DNA of 64,000 nucleotides from Eledone cirrhosa (lineage: Eukaryota), in the NCBI GenBank assembly GCA_964016885.1, contig OZ024745.1, positions 115,568,001 to 115,632,000 on the forward strand, in the 5' to 3' direction. Made by a program: the position numbers and the translations under genes. Within the stretch, counting starts at the first letter, position 1, and each line of letters starts with the position of its first letter. The notes below the pieces were generated by a model. It was not told the DNA's origin and ran no database searches. It saw nothing but the letters and a program-made list of their open reading frames with translations. Of this stretch, positions 33,930-47,436 are shown piece after piece.

Positions 33930-35428
33930 CAAAATGATGAAAAACCAAAGTTGACCATGAAAAGATTTGAACTAGGAGTGCAGAATAAAGGAACAAACAC
34001 CACAAGACACCTAGATCTGTAATAACTCTGCCAATATGTATCCCCCCTCTACCTTTCCAATGGCAAACATTCAAATGTACAATTTCTCAACCCTCACATG
34101 CCCATATAAAAAATAGATTAAGAAAAAATATATTTCTAGTAATTTATAAAAAGTAACTGATAAAATTCAGCATAATTTTTCATTTTCCATTAAATTTGTA
34201 TGGAGCAGCATTACAGTATTGAATATATAATATCTTGGGATAATGTTTTTTGTGATATGTAAAGTTTAAAAGTTATATACACAATCACTAATTAGGTAAG
34301 TTATGTAACAAGCTTGCAACTACTTCTAGCAACCCTTCATGGAATTTAAAATATTTCATTTCATGGGTGTTTTTAATACTAACTACTCTTGTGCTTATTA
34401 CTCCAGTTCACTCTGCTGTAGAAATGAGTTGCCACATCACTGGTGCCAAACTGTATTGGCCATTGCCTTTCCCTTGGACAACATCGATGGTGTGGAGAAG
34501 GGAGACTGGTATGTATAGTCAACTGTTGGCCTTCTTGGAGTGGAACTTTCTAGGTGCAAAAGGGGCTTATGACACCTTTGTGCATATGCTACTTTGGAAG
34601 TCCTCTGTCAGCCTGTTCATAATCCCACTGTCTCCCCTATGTACTTATAGTTTACATTAGACACACAATATATAATTTTTACCTACTACTTTATTGTATA
34701 TCCAGCATAGTCATCTCATCAGATGAAGTAACTCTATATATTTTTCTTGTGAAAACTTTTATCTTTGATACTTTTAAACTTGATTTTAGGCTCTGCTTTC
34801 ACATTAGGATCTTTCCCCCTAATTCTTTGATTGCTTCAGCTCTAAGAATTAGGTTGTCAGTATACAGGAATTCTTGTGGGCAGCCACTCATGAACTCTTG
34901 TATGAAGAGAATGATAATAAACAAGACAGAGGTGATGAAGCTGTAAGGAGCTCCTATCTCCACAACTCTCACCTTTATAACAGCCCCACTGTAATGGCTT
35001 GCTTGGCTTTCACAAGCCATTAATCTAGATCTTGTTTTCTTAGTGACCACTAAACTACAGTGGCCACTAGACTAAATATCAAAGGCTTTCTGTAGGTCAA
35101 TGAATATTAGTTATAATAGTTTTTAGTTAAGTACTAAGACCTGACAAAATCTTTATTTATACTGACTCACTATTCAGCAATTGGAACACTGCATACCTCT
35201 GATTCTTATGGTACACAACATTGGCAAACCTTTTATTTTCATCCTCTCTCTGTTTAAGTATACCTCATTTCTATCTTCTCTTCTACTTATCTAGTATTGT
35301 TCCTTGCTGTCTTCTTCCATCATTCCCTTGTCTGTCTCATATGTAATATTTTAATTGTATTATTCCATATGTGTATATTATATTTGTTCTATATATTATA
35401 TTTTAAATTCATTGATCTCTTTATAAAG

Positions 35429-35552
35429 GCCATATTACTGTTTTTGTGGTAAATCATTTGCTGAAAGGAGATCAAATTGAGTCCTTTGAATACCTTCCAG
35501 AGAAAAAAGCACTTCGGCACGTAGCAGCATTTAAAGATGGAAGCATGAGAAA
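35429..35552 (+). CDS. PON: PON coding exon 5
   Basis: taaag|...|gttagc, 124 nt, GHITVFVVNHLLKGDQIESFEYLPEKKALRH... VVNH carries the H134 equivalent. Phases 1/2 fit the neighbouring exons. Confidence 0.92.
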
Positions 35553-35799
35553 GTTAGCTTTTATTCTTTATATTTTTCTTATAATTTCTAGAAACAATTG
35601 AAAAGAGAATACTACACATAACTATTTTCCTTTTTCTGATATTTTATCTTTCGTAGGATCTGATTGAGAAGTATCATTATGTATAAATTGGTAGAAATGA
35701 GATATGATCTTCAATATCTCCTAATCAATGACAAATATATATTTGATGCACCTCCCTCACCCAAGTCCCCAATCTACACTGCAAATTGCTTGTGTAGGT

Positions 35800-36225
35800 G
35801 GCACAAAAAATGGGCTTAGTCCACACTGTAAAGTGGTCATGTAGGTGTCACAAGAAAAAGTGCACAGTCCACACTGTAAAGTGGTCATGTGGGTGCCAGA
35901 ACAAAAAGTGCCCAGTCTACACTGTAAAGTGGTTATGTAGGTGTCGTGACAAGAAGTGCCCTGTCCACACCGTAAAGTGGTCATGTAGGTGTCAGTACAA
36001 AACACACCAACTCCACACTATAAAGTGGTTGTGTAGGTGTCAGAACAAAAGGTGCCCAGTCCACACTGTGATTGGCGTTAGGAAATGCATCCAGCCATAG
36101 AAACCAAGCCCAAATCTGTTTTGTATGAACAAGACAAGGTCATCTGACCTGGCTTGTCACATAATGGGACAGCTCGTCTAACCCATGCTAGCATGGAAAA
36201 AATACATTAAATGGTGATGATGATA
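35800..36225 (+). repeat. RTE-tail/SINE-derived element with ~41-bp tandem unit
   Basis: Unit cccagtccacactgtaaagtggtcatgtaggtgtca... Also at 23260-23455, 46040-46420, 51720-51820 and 58240-58325. Confidence 0.8.
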
Positions 36226-37622
36226 GTGAAGTAAAGGGGAATAACCGCTTACCTCGACATCTTCCCTCTCTTTTATGTTTTCTTTCTATGTGTAAGATTT
36301 CAAGCTGAGCAGCTAATTGCTAATCTTACCTAATTCTTTCTACCCACTTATTAGGAGTGACTGTATGTGACCAGTTTAGAATAGGTACTCTACTAAAACA
36401 ATTGACACCAAGAATGGTATCTGGCCTAAACATTCTTTCAAAAAGAACCCCATGATGAGCAAGAAGCTTTTCATGGGGTCCATAAGGCTAACACCTGCCT
36501 GAATCAGATTTTATATGAGAAGTGGGTTTTCAGGTTCTTATTTGAAATCTCAGATACTTTGTTAGTAAGGAAGAATTTGTAGTAACCTGCATTTTAAGTA
36601 GAAATGAACTGAAGATTGTTCTGAGATATTTTCTAATGGGTTTATGAGAAAATGAGAATGGCTTCTGGTGTTATTCTTGACACATAGTTAAGTTTCATTA
36701 CATTCTGATTTTAAATCCTTCCACAGTTTACTCTTCCTTTCTGGCATCTGTGTCAAGGAAATAAAATTTAATTGCATATACCTCAACCTCATGATTTGTA
36801 GTCTTGTTCCTATGTTAGAAAGCATGTATTTAGTTGAAGGTATAAAAGCTGTCTAGACTAAAGCCATTCAAATATTTAGTTATGCCTCTTTCACTACTGA
36901 GTTCAAATCCCATTAGGTTCCATTTCATTTTTATTCCACTGAGGTCACTAAAATAAATACCAGCTGTATAAGAGCCTACTATTGACTTTATCCTTCCATC
37001 TCCATGAAATCACACACTATTCTTTTAAAAGAGGAAGGACAGACTGAATAATACACTCCTGATTGAGACAAGATGGGGTGGTCATTGAGGTAATGCCTTT
37101 GTTCATGTCTACTCAATCAGGGCTGACCTTGTCTAAACATAAATGCTTTGCCTGAGTACCCATTATTTATTTTGTAATATCTGTACTAACATACTCAGTG
37201 TGTATGGGTTTGGAGTTGTTACCATACTATGAAGATGAGACTTACTCTCCAGGGCATTGCTCATTTTATTTTGTTAATTAATTTTGATTAATAAAAATCC
37301 AGGAGGCTTTAGGAATTATTGAAGCTCGATGAGTGTTTCAAATTTGAATATGTGAGAGTTCCAAATGCAGAAAAAAATGAAATAACAGTTGATCACTATA
37401 AATAATAGTTGAGAAAATTGGGTAAATTAACCTTAGTGATAGAAAAATTGGACTGAGGCACCTATTATTTATAGAGATTGACGGCATTACAGTTTTTTCT
37501 CAGTTTTGGACTCACATTTTCAAATTGTAAGATACATTTTAGAACAAGCTCAATGAAAATATTTTACTTAAAAAGAATATATATTTCTGCTATTCTTATA
37601 CATTCTTCTTTATTATTTGCAG

Positions 37623-37823
37623 TGTAAATGATGTATTAGCTACCAGCAACAAAACCTTCTACTTCACTAACTGGTCACATTATAGATCTTATATTGGTAG
37701 ATCTATGGAGAGATTTTTGCTTCTTCCATGGACCAATGTATACTACCATGATGGAGAAGTCTACCAAATGGTTGCCGAGGATTTAGTCATGGCTAATGGC
37801 ATAATAATGTCAAATGATGGAAA
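37623..37823 (+). CDS. PON: PON coding exon 6
   Basis: ttgcag|...|gtaagt, 201 nt, NVNDVLATSNKTFYFTNWSHY...MANGIIMSNDGK (N168/D169 and N224 equivalents). Confidence 0.96.
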
Positions 37824-38848
37824 GTAAGTTCCTTCTATAAAACTATCAACTGTTTTACCACTTTAGTGTTCTTTCAGTCAACATAAAAGTTGTTAGTTTT
37901 AACCCTTTAGCATTTACATTACTCGATATATAAACTATTGTATTTTCACAGTAAAGGCTTTATCTCACATAGTATCTCACATAATATCGAATCTATGAGT
38001 GATGTGTTGTTTCCTTGAGCAAGACACTTTATTTCACATTGCTCCAGTTTACTCAGCTGTAGAAATAAGATGATCGGGACTGGAGTCCCTATCATTCCAC
38101 TGCAAAGTGGTCATGGAGGTGCCACGGCAAAAAGCACCCAACACTCACTGTAAATGAGGTTGGTGTTAGGAAGGGCATCCAGCTGTAGAAATCAAGCCAG
38201 AATCAGTTCCTGTAAGATTAGAGAGCTAGGATGAATTTTGACTGATTCACATTCCCTGTTGAACTCTTGCGCCCCTAACATTTTCACAACATGGGAAAGC
38301 CTAGCACACCTGAAAATGACAGACGCCATTCACCAATTTGATCCAAGCAGTATATAAACATCAATTTTAGGCCAAGGGAAGCTGGGTACACCTCAAATTA
38401 TATCAGACACCATTTACTTGCTTTAAGGCTACCACCATGACCACCCCTCCAGAAGTCCAATGCTTGTACCTCAGCTGCAACCCACACCAATGCTGCTATT
38501 GCAACACCAAGTATGCTGGTGCTGTAATGAGGTAGTGCTGGTGCCACAACAAAAGCACCCAGTCTACCCTGCAAGGTGTTAGAGCCAGAGTCACGATAAA
38601 ATGCTCCCAGTACACGCTGTAAAATAGTTCGTTACTAAAGGATTTTGGCCGTAGAAATCATGCTCCCAGTATATGTAAAGAGGTTTGTATTAGAAAAGGT
38701 ATCCAACTGTAGTAACCAATGTAAAATACATCATACAAGCAGGATCTAGTCACCTGTTTGGTCTGGTCTCAGCATGCGACAGCTGTCTAATCCATGCAAG
38801 TATAGAAAATAGATATTAGATGTTGATGATAAGGATGATAGTCTATGA

Positions 38849-39254
38849 CAGTGCTACTCAAAGTGGTGATCCGCGGACCGGTGCCGGAACGCGAGCCATC
38901 AGCTACCGGTACGCGGCCAGTGTCCAGGCCATGCTAAGGAATCATTTGAGGAATTTTTTTAATTACTTTTTTATATGTTTTGATATTGTATTATTTGTTT
39001 ACAAAATAAATAGAAGATAAAAAAATGGTCAACTATTATTATATTCATTATATATATCCTTACGGGGTCGATAAAATAAAGTACCAGTAATGCACTGGGG
39101 TAATTGCTGGCCTTGTGCCAAAAGTAGAAACAATTATATTCATTATATATGTCGTTTCCGGTATAAATTAATATTACTACAAAATATTAGCGGTACGTGG
39201 CACATTGAAAACAAAAATGCCAGTCCGCCACATCAGATAGTTTGAGAAGCACTG
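38849..39254. mobile_element. hAT (Charlie-type) MITE containing a truncated SINE
   Basis: TIRs cagtgctactcaaa / tttgagaagcactg and TSD gtctatga on both sides. A SINE 3' fragment at ~39057-39133 is flanked by attatattcattatatat. Confidence 0.92.
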
Positions 39255-39859
39255 GTCTATGATCATCAACATCATCATCATCATCTTCGTTTAACGTCCA
39301 TATTCCACGCTCGCATGGGTTTGGACGGTGATGTGGGAAATATGTGATGTGGGACGGTATGCAGGGAAAATAGGTGCCAGCTTGAACTCTAACCACTCAT
39401 GTGCTAAGTCTACATTATCAAAGATTTAATCCATGGCAACAAGTTTTTAGCTGCTGGGGCTACAATATTTCTAGTCTGAAATCATTCCGGCATATTGGTT
39501 GGACTGTCACTGCGCTGTGGCTACATGTTTCAGAACAAACCCTCATCACAAAATAATCGATCAAAACACCTTGAATCTCTGGACACATGTTCCAAGTTTA
39601 AAACAATAGAATAAGTAGTACTAACAGAACAAAATGCACTGACTGCATGCTTGAAACTGAAGTTATTCAACTAACAAACATTGCATGCATGGTCCCATAA
39701 CTCCCGAGGGAGTCATAGGGGTGCTGTATTGACATACAGTGATTCTAGGGTATTTTAAAACCTGGCAGAGCCCATCTCCCCTCCAGGTCTGAATACAATA
39801 GTTCCCTTCCAGAGAAAGATAGTGTGAGAATATAAGTGAGAAAGAAATATAGAGGAAGA

Positions 39860-40550
39860 AATTAGGCATAAGAGGAATCGGATGCAGTATACTAGAGAGG
39901 AGATTGCATTGGCATGGTCATGTGATGCATATGAAGGACAACAGTTGTATAAAAATGTGCAGGGTGATCAAAATTGATGGAAGCTATTGAGTAGGAAGAC
40001 CTGGGACGAGGTGATAAAAGCTGACCTTGCGCAATTGCATCTCTCAAAGACAATAACACCTGATCGAGATCTTGGCGTTATGCAGTAATACAGAAGAACC
40101 CGCCTTCCCTTTCGCTCAGTCTCAAACATACATGTAGTAGGCACCGCTTAACCATTATACCTCCACCCACACATCTAGGAGGCAACGCTTACCACTAAAC
40201 CTTCTCTCAAACATACACCTAGTAGGCACCTCTTAACCACTATACCCTCTTCCATATATTCACCCACTCACTTCTGTCCACACCACCCTTTCACTATAAA
40301 GTTATGTTGGTATCACAAAAAAGCATTCAGCCCACACTGTAAACTGGTCTCGTGGGTGTCACGACATAAAGCACCCAGCACACACTGTAAATGTGGTTGG
40401 TATTAGGAAGGGCATCCAGCCATAGAAATCTAGCCAGCAACAGTCCCTTATGAGCAAGACACGGTCACTTGACCCAACTTGCCTCTAATGGGACAACCTG
40501 TCTAACCCATGTTAGCTTCGAAAATGGGTGTTAAACAATGATGATGATGA
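39860..40550 (+). mobile_element. RTE 3' end (same family as 56805-58490)
   Basis: gcatggtcatgtgatgcatatgaag...ggaagacctggga. Tail gttaaacaatgatgatgatg. Confidence 0.8.
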
Positions 40551-42309
40551 ATCGACCCGAGTACTTTACATACTTTTTTATTGACAAACTTTTTTTATCT
40601 AAAGGATGAAAGGCAAAGTTGACCTCAAACAACACATGTTTCTCATAAGAGAATATTGTTTCATGTGTTTACAAGCTAGATGAAAGATCAATATGACAGT
40701 AACTATTTATATTATATTGTTAGAAAGTTGCTCTTTGATGTACCCACTAAATTGAAATATTTCTATGACTGATATTACTTTCTGTTGCCACATCTCTTGA
40801 TAAAATGACTGCCATTTTTATAAAATGGGAGATATAAATTTTGATTGTATTTGTTTTATTTTCTGCTATTGTAATAGTAATGATAATATAAACTATAGTA
40901 ATGATAGTATAAACTATATATCTATGCTTTCACAAATACTCACACATTCAAAGACTTTGTATGTACATGTATGTTTTGTTTACTCAGTTTTACCAGTTAT
41001 TTGATAAACTTAGTATAAGTATACATAAAGATATAACTTAATATATACCCACCACACTCCATGTTATACTTTAGTGATAATGAGCTAAGTTTAATTTCAT
41101 GTACTGTGTTAAAACATGCTTCCACTGCTATGATTACTCCCTGTCAAGAATGACATTAGAATGACAAATATATTTATACTTAGAGAAGAATGGATATCCA
41201 ATAGTGCATCATCATCATCATTTAACGTCCATCTTTCAGGCTAGAATGGGTTAGACAGTTTTGTTCCATTTGATGCGGGAGTGGTCGGCAGACCATGTCT
41301 CGCTTGAACAGAAGTGTCTCTGGCAGGTTTCTATGGTTGGATGCCCTTCCTAACACCAGCCACTTTACAGTGTGGCGTGAGTGCTTTTTATTGTGTCACT
41401 GACACAGTGGACAGAAATAGGAGGATGAGGTAGGGTGTGTGGGGTGGGGTGTATAATGGGTCCTTAGTAGTGAAAAGGTTGAGAGCCACTCACCATCATC
41501 GTACCTTCATTGTTCCATGTTTACATGGATTTGATGGGTCCTTCTCAGTACAACATCTCTCCACTTGTCTCATTCATTTTTCATCTATGAACTTTAGCAA
41601 TCTGAGACAAGTTCTCACCACTTCCATCCAAGTCTTCCTAGGTCTTCATCTACTGTGGTTTCCTTCCACTGGGATTATTTGGCACTTCTTCACTCAGCAA
41701 TAATCATCCATACACATCACATGTCTATACCAATGCAGGCTCTTCTCCTTCACACTACTTCTCATTCTTCTTATACCCAGTTTCTTCCTCTCATGGTAAA
41801 GGCTTTATCTCACATTATATTGAATCAATGAGATTTTGATATTATTTATTTTGGGAACAATACCTTGTGGCCAGTTTGAAAAGAAAGAGGTGATGAAATT
41901 CTGGCTGGACATGGTTGATTTAAAACTTTAGCATTTACATTACTCTGTGTTTGCTGTTGTGTTTTTACAGTGGCAGCTTTGCCTCATGTGATATCTCACA
42001 TAACATTTACATTACTCTATATTTACTATTATTTTTTCACATAAAAGGCTTTACCTCACATAATTATCTCACATAGTATCGAATCTATGAGATATTGATA
42101 TTATTTATTTTGAGAACAATACCTTACCATCAGTATGAGTGGCCAGCTAAAGCCAGTTTGAATAGAAAGAGGTGAGAAAATTCTGGCCAGATACGGCCAG
42201 TTTAATAATCCCCACCTCCTTAATAATCCCCACTGGAGGGGAGGGTCACACAAGAAGTTGATCTGATGCAATGAAGGAAATGAGGTGCCTTGCTCAAGGT
42301 TTCAATGGT

Positions 42310-42545
42310 AGCACTAACTACTAAACTGTACATTAGATAATGTAGTCCTAGATACATTATGTCTGATAGCCAGTAACACTAACTACTGTACTGTATATTA
42401 GATAATGTAGTCCTAGATACATTATGTCTGATAGCCACTAATACTAACTACTGTAATGTACATTATATAATCTAGTCCTTGATAAACTATGTCTGATAAC
42501 CACTAATGCTAACTACTGTAATGTACATTAGCTAATGTAGTCTTA
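42310..42545. repeat. ~65-bp tandem repeat (~3.5 copies)
   Basis: cactaactactgtactgtacattagataatgtagtcctagatacattatgtctgatagc repeated. Confidence 0.85.
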
Positions 42546-43687
42546 GGTACACTCTGCATCAGTTGTTAGCTGCTGAGACACTGCATCCTTTAAAACGCTA
42601 CACCTGATATCCTCCTCCATACACACACACACATGTATATCATGACTCATACACTGTTCACTTTCCTGACATTTGTACATTATTCTATGTACTATACATG
42701 CACCTTTGATGAGTTGTAGTGCACCTGAGCACTGTACACAATAATTTCATTATTATTATTGGCGACCTATGTAGGAAATCGTATTATCGTGAGCTCCACA
42801 AAGGTTTGTTGTTAAGTGTTTCTAAGTTCACATATATTGCTTTCTGAAAAGGACACTCAATAATATTGGGGCCTTGAGCCCAAAATTTAAACTTTATATT
42901 TATCAAACAAAAAATTTCTTTGAAAAAAAACATGGACGGCATCAGCTACCAAAATCTGCTGACAGCCATCCTAACAGACTAACATCTCCCACCACCACCA
43001 GTATTGTAAACCTTGCTACGGTTTTCAACACTGAAAATATAAGTAATAGCAGTGGCAATTATTTAGATTTGTCACATACAGACATGGATTTCCTGCCATT
43101 ACCAATGTCTACAGGTGTTAAAGCTGCCATCACCACCACCACCACCACAATGTCAAAAAGAACAACCAACACCACTGATACCACCACCACCACCACCACC
43201 ATATCAACTGAAACAAAAAATAAATTATCTCGTGATATTGAAATGGATTCTCCGAAAATCGACTCTTCCATGCCGAACGCCACTGACACCACCACCACAA
43301 CTGAAACTAAAAATAATGATAACAAAAATAACAATAACAACAACAACAGCAACAACAAGAATAACAACACCAGCGCCGAACCAAATGTCGTTTGCTAAAG
43401 CGGCAAACAAAAATGAAACGGTTGAGGTAAGCCAGGAAGAATTAAATGAAGCCAAGCGAATGGTAAAAAAATATGGTTACAGGGTCAGCCCCCACCATCT
43501 AATACCATGGAGCATCGGCGCCTATGCACTGTCATATCGCACGATAAACATTATAACACGCTGAGTGGAACGGGCATCCGAGTCCCTGATACAGAAAGCT
43601 TTGGGACATGTGTGGGCTCAAAAAACCCACATCAGACGTGGACAAAAATATGGAACCATCTACAATCTTCTTATTATTATTAATAGA

Positions 43688-44300
43688 CGGTGGATTGGCA
43701 GTATCGGTAGAGGGTCGGACGCCATGCTTTCCAGCATAGTTACGTCCCTTTACGATCTGAGTTCAAATCCCGCCGAGGTTGACTTTGCCTTTCATCCTTA
43801 CGGGGTCGATAAAATAAAGTACCAGTAATGCACTGGGTAATTGCTGGCCTTGTGCCTAAAGTAGAAACAATTATTAATAATATGGATACGGTGGATTGGC
43901 AGTATCGGTAGAGGGTCGGACACCATGCTTTGCAGCATAGAGTTACGGCCCCTTATGATCTGAGTTCAAATCCCGCCGAGATTAACTTTACCTTTCATCC
44001 TTACGGGGGTCAATAAAATAAAGTACCAGTCACGCACTGGGATCGATTTAATCAACTTCCCCTCCCCCAAAATTGCTGGCCTTGTGCCTATATCAGAAAC
44101 CATTATTGGATTGGCAGTATCGGTAGAAGGTCGGACGCCAAGCATAGTTACGGCCCTTGCCATTCTGAATTCAAATCCCGCCGAGGTTAACTTTGCCTTT
44201 CATCCTTACGGGGTCGATAAAATAAAGTACCAGTAATATATTGGGATAATTGCTGGCCTTGTGCTAAAAGTAGAAACAATTATTATTATTATTATTATTA
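43688..44300 (+). mobile_element. Three head-to-tail SINE family 1 copies
   Basis: ggattggcagtatcggtaga starts at ~43691, ~43892 and ~44108. Confidence 0.92.
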
Positions 44301-44440
44301 TACATACATGCACACACATTACATATATCATAGTTAAGCATGTACATTAATATGAGAGAATGAATTGGTGATGGTACCAGTGATATTAAAGATAATAGAT
44401 AACAATGTTAACTTAACTTCATAATCTTTCTCTTCTAAAG

Positions 44441-44522
44441 GTTTGTCTATATTGCCTGTACAATGACGAAAGATGTCAAAGTTTTTAAGCGAGACACTGA
44501 TAATCGGCTTATATTTCACCAG
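44441..44522 (+). CDS. PON: PON coding exon 7
   Basis: ttctaaag|...|gtttgt, 82 nt, KFVYIACTMTKDVKVFKRDTDNRLIFHQ (cf. PON1 KYVYIAE...). Confidence 0.92.
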
Positions 44523-44727
44523 GTTTGTGCATGTTATGATTTTATTTTTATCTATTTGGGACAACCTTCTCCCCCGAGCACTTAAAAAAGATTCCATTTC
44601 TATCCACGTGGTGTACATGGCTTTTGACACAACAATTTGTGTTGTTATTTAGCCAAGGTTAGCCTGGATCAAATCGATGATTCAAATCATTCCATGTACA
44701 TTTATGACTATATTATTTAATGTACCC

Positions 44728-45115
44728 TAGGGTGGTGGATTGGCAGTATTGGTAGAGGGTCGGACGCCATGATTTGCAGCACAGTTACGTCCCTTTACGG
44801 ACTGAGTTCAAATTCCGCCGAGGTTAACTTTGCCTTTCATCCTTACGGGATCGATAAAATAAAGTACCAGTAATACCCTGGGATAATTGCTGGCCTTGTG
44901 CCAAAAGTAGAAACAATTATTAGGGCGGTGGATTGGCAGTATCGGTAGAGGGTCTAACGCCATGATTTGCAGCAAAGAGTTACAGCCCTTTATGGTTTGA
45001 GTTCAAATCCCGCCGAGGTTAACTTTGCTTTTCATCCTTATGGGGTCGATAAAATAAAGTACCAGTAATGTATTGGGTATTTGGTGGCCTTGTGCCAAAA
45101 GTAGAAACAATTATT
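44728..45115 (+). mobile_element. Two head-to-tail SINE family 1 copies
   Basis: Heads at ~44730 and ~44922. Confidence 0.92.
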
Positions 45116-45688
45116 TAATGTACCCTTTCTTTTGTATAACAGTGAAGTATAATACAGAGGTGGAATTGACTGCTATTTCTAGCAAGTTTAGCAGCTACAT
45201 AGCAGCTCTCTAGTTGGAATTAAAAATTTACAATTGTCCAAGAGAAAGACAATGGCAGATACAGCTTGGCATCAGTGATGTCGCAACTGATTTCTACAGC
45301 TGAGTAAACTGGAGCAACATAAACTTAAGTGTCTTGCTCAAGAACACAATGCAAAGCCGAGTCCGAGAATCTAACTCACAACCTGATGATTGCAAGCCCA
45401 ATGCTGTACCAACTAAGCCATGCGTCTTCACAGCACCCTACATGTTGAAAATGACTAATTTGGCTCAAGCAGTTTGGTATCCAACTAAAGAAATTAGAAT
45501 ATTCAACTTCCTTATTCTGCATTCAGTTCAAATAATGCTGGGGTTGATCTTCCCTTCATCCTTCCAGGGTTTTTGTGGGTTGATAGACTAGGTACATATG
45601 TTAATTCCCTATTCCCCCTCTTCAAATATTGGTTTTATAACTATGCAAGGTATTTATTATAATTTTCTCGTGTTCTGTTTTGTTTCAG

Positions 45689-45820
45689 GAATTTCTGTTG
45701 GACTCTCTTGTTGATAACCTCTCAGTTGATTCCGAGGGCAATTTGTGGGCTGGTTGTCATCCTAGATTTTTTGCTATTTGGAATTACATGGACAACCCTA
45801 CCCTTCGCGCACCCTCTCAG
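45689..45820 (+). CDS. PON: PON coding exon 8
   Basis: tttcag|...|gtatga, 132 nt, EFLLDSLVDNLSVDSEGNLWAGCHP...APSQ (D269/N270 and C284/H285 equivalents). Confidence 0.96.
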
Positions 45821-46785
45821 GTATGATATATATGATATGAAATAAATATTGAACTTGTTGCAAACACCCATGATAATTAGACATCATCATTATCATATAT
45901 CTATGTTCCATAGTTGTATGGTTGCCACATACTGAGGCTAGACATTTCAAGTGACTATGTTCTGTTTTTAGTATGGTTTCATTGGCTGGATGTCCTTCCT
46001 AATGCCAATCATTTTATAACATGTATTGAGAACATCTTATCATGACCCCAGCACTACCACCTTAAAGGATATACTAGGTGCTTTTGTTGTGACACCAGCA
46101 CTACCACCACTTTACAGAGTGGACTGGGTGCTTTTGTTGTGACACCAGCACTACCACCACTTTACAGAGTGGACTGGGTGCTTTTGTTGTGACACCAGCA
46201 CTACCACCACTTTACAGAGTGGACTGGATACTTTTTCTCATGACACCAGCACTACCACCTTACAGGGTGGACTGGGTGCTTTTTATCATGACACCAGCAC
46301 TACCACCTTACAGGGTGGACTGGGTGCTTTTTATCATGGTACCAGCACTACCAGCTTACAGGGTCAACTGGGAGCTTTTTATCACCAGTACTTTCAATTT
46401 ACAGGCTGGACTGGGTGCTTTACCTCATTAAAACAACAGGATGCTTGTGGTGTCCTTGGTTAGGCTAGTGAAGCAGTGATGGGAGTTGGGTGTAAGATGA
46501 GAGGAGGCAGGCTTCACATTGCCACTGTGGGAGAGGAAGTGTCAGCCTTCAACACATCAACCCAAATATTCTTTGGTCTTCCTCTTCCACATGTTTCATC
46601 ATCTTTCAGTGCCCTGTACTTCTTTATGTAGCTGTCATTCTCAATGTACATTACGTGTCCATACCAGCACCATTTTCTCTTTTTTCACTGCATCTTATCC
46701 CTCTTATGCTTAACTCTTCTCTTAGTTTGCTAACACTTTGTTATTCATGTACACTGCTATTCCACATTCATATAGTAAATCAAGT

Positions 46786-47060
46786 GGAGGCATGTGGCCT
46801 AGTGGTAAAGGTGTTGGACTTAGGATCATAATGTCGTGGGTTCGATTCGTGGGTTGTGTGTTGTGTTCTTGAGCAAAACACTTGATTTCACATTGCTCTA
46901 GTATACTCAGCTGGAAATGAGTACCAGCAATATCTGGGGGTTTAACCCTGCGATGAACTGGCGTCCTGTCCAGGGGGGAGTTTAGTACTCTGTCGCTTCA
47001 CGCCATGAAACCGGGATAAGGCACCGGCCAAGTGAGCCTTCTGGCTTAAGACAGACTTTA
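46786..47060 (+). mobile_element. tRNA-derived SINE (family 2 variant)
   Basis: tggcctagtggtaaag A box, ggttcgattc B box, cttgagcaaaacactt core. Confidence 0.8.
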
Positions 47061-47436
47061 TACTTTAGATAATAAATCAATACAAGTTAACACTTTACCA
47101 TTTAAATTACTATTTACTATTGTATTTGCACAGTAAAGGCTTTATCTCATAATAATCTCACATAAATTCAAATCTACGAGATTTTGATGATGTTACTATT
47201 TATTTTATTGGTATGTTAAGTTAGATATGGTCAGATATGGTTTAAGTCCTAAAGTATCTTTCTTAGTGGCAGATTTCTTAATATAAGAATGCAATAACTT
47301 CATTGTTATATTCTGATTGTTCATACCTCTCTAATAAATTATTTTTCTTTTGCCTGATTTTTGAGCATTCTATCTTAAAATATTCAAAATTGCCATATTT
47401 ATCTACCTTTGTATTCATTTTTTATTAATTGATCAG

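Noticed and set aside
43688-43790. tRNA genes at SINE heads
   Set aside because: A/B boxes are present but there is no complete cloverleaf, and they continue into SINE bodies.
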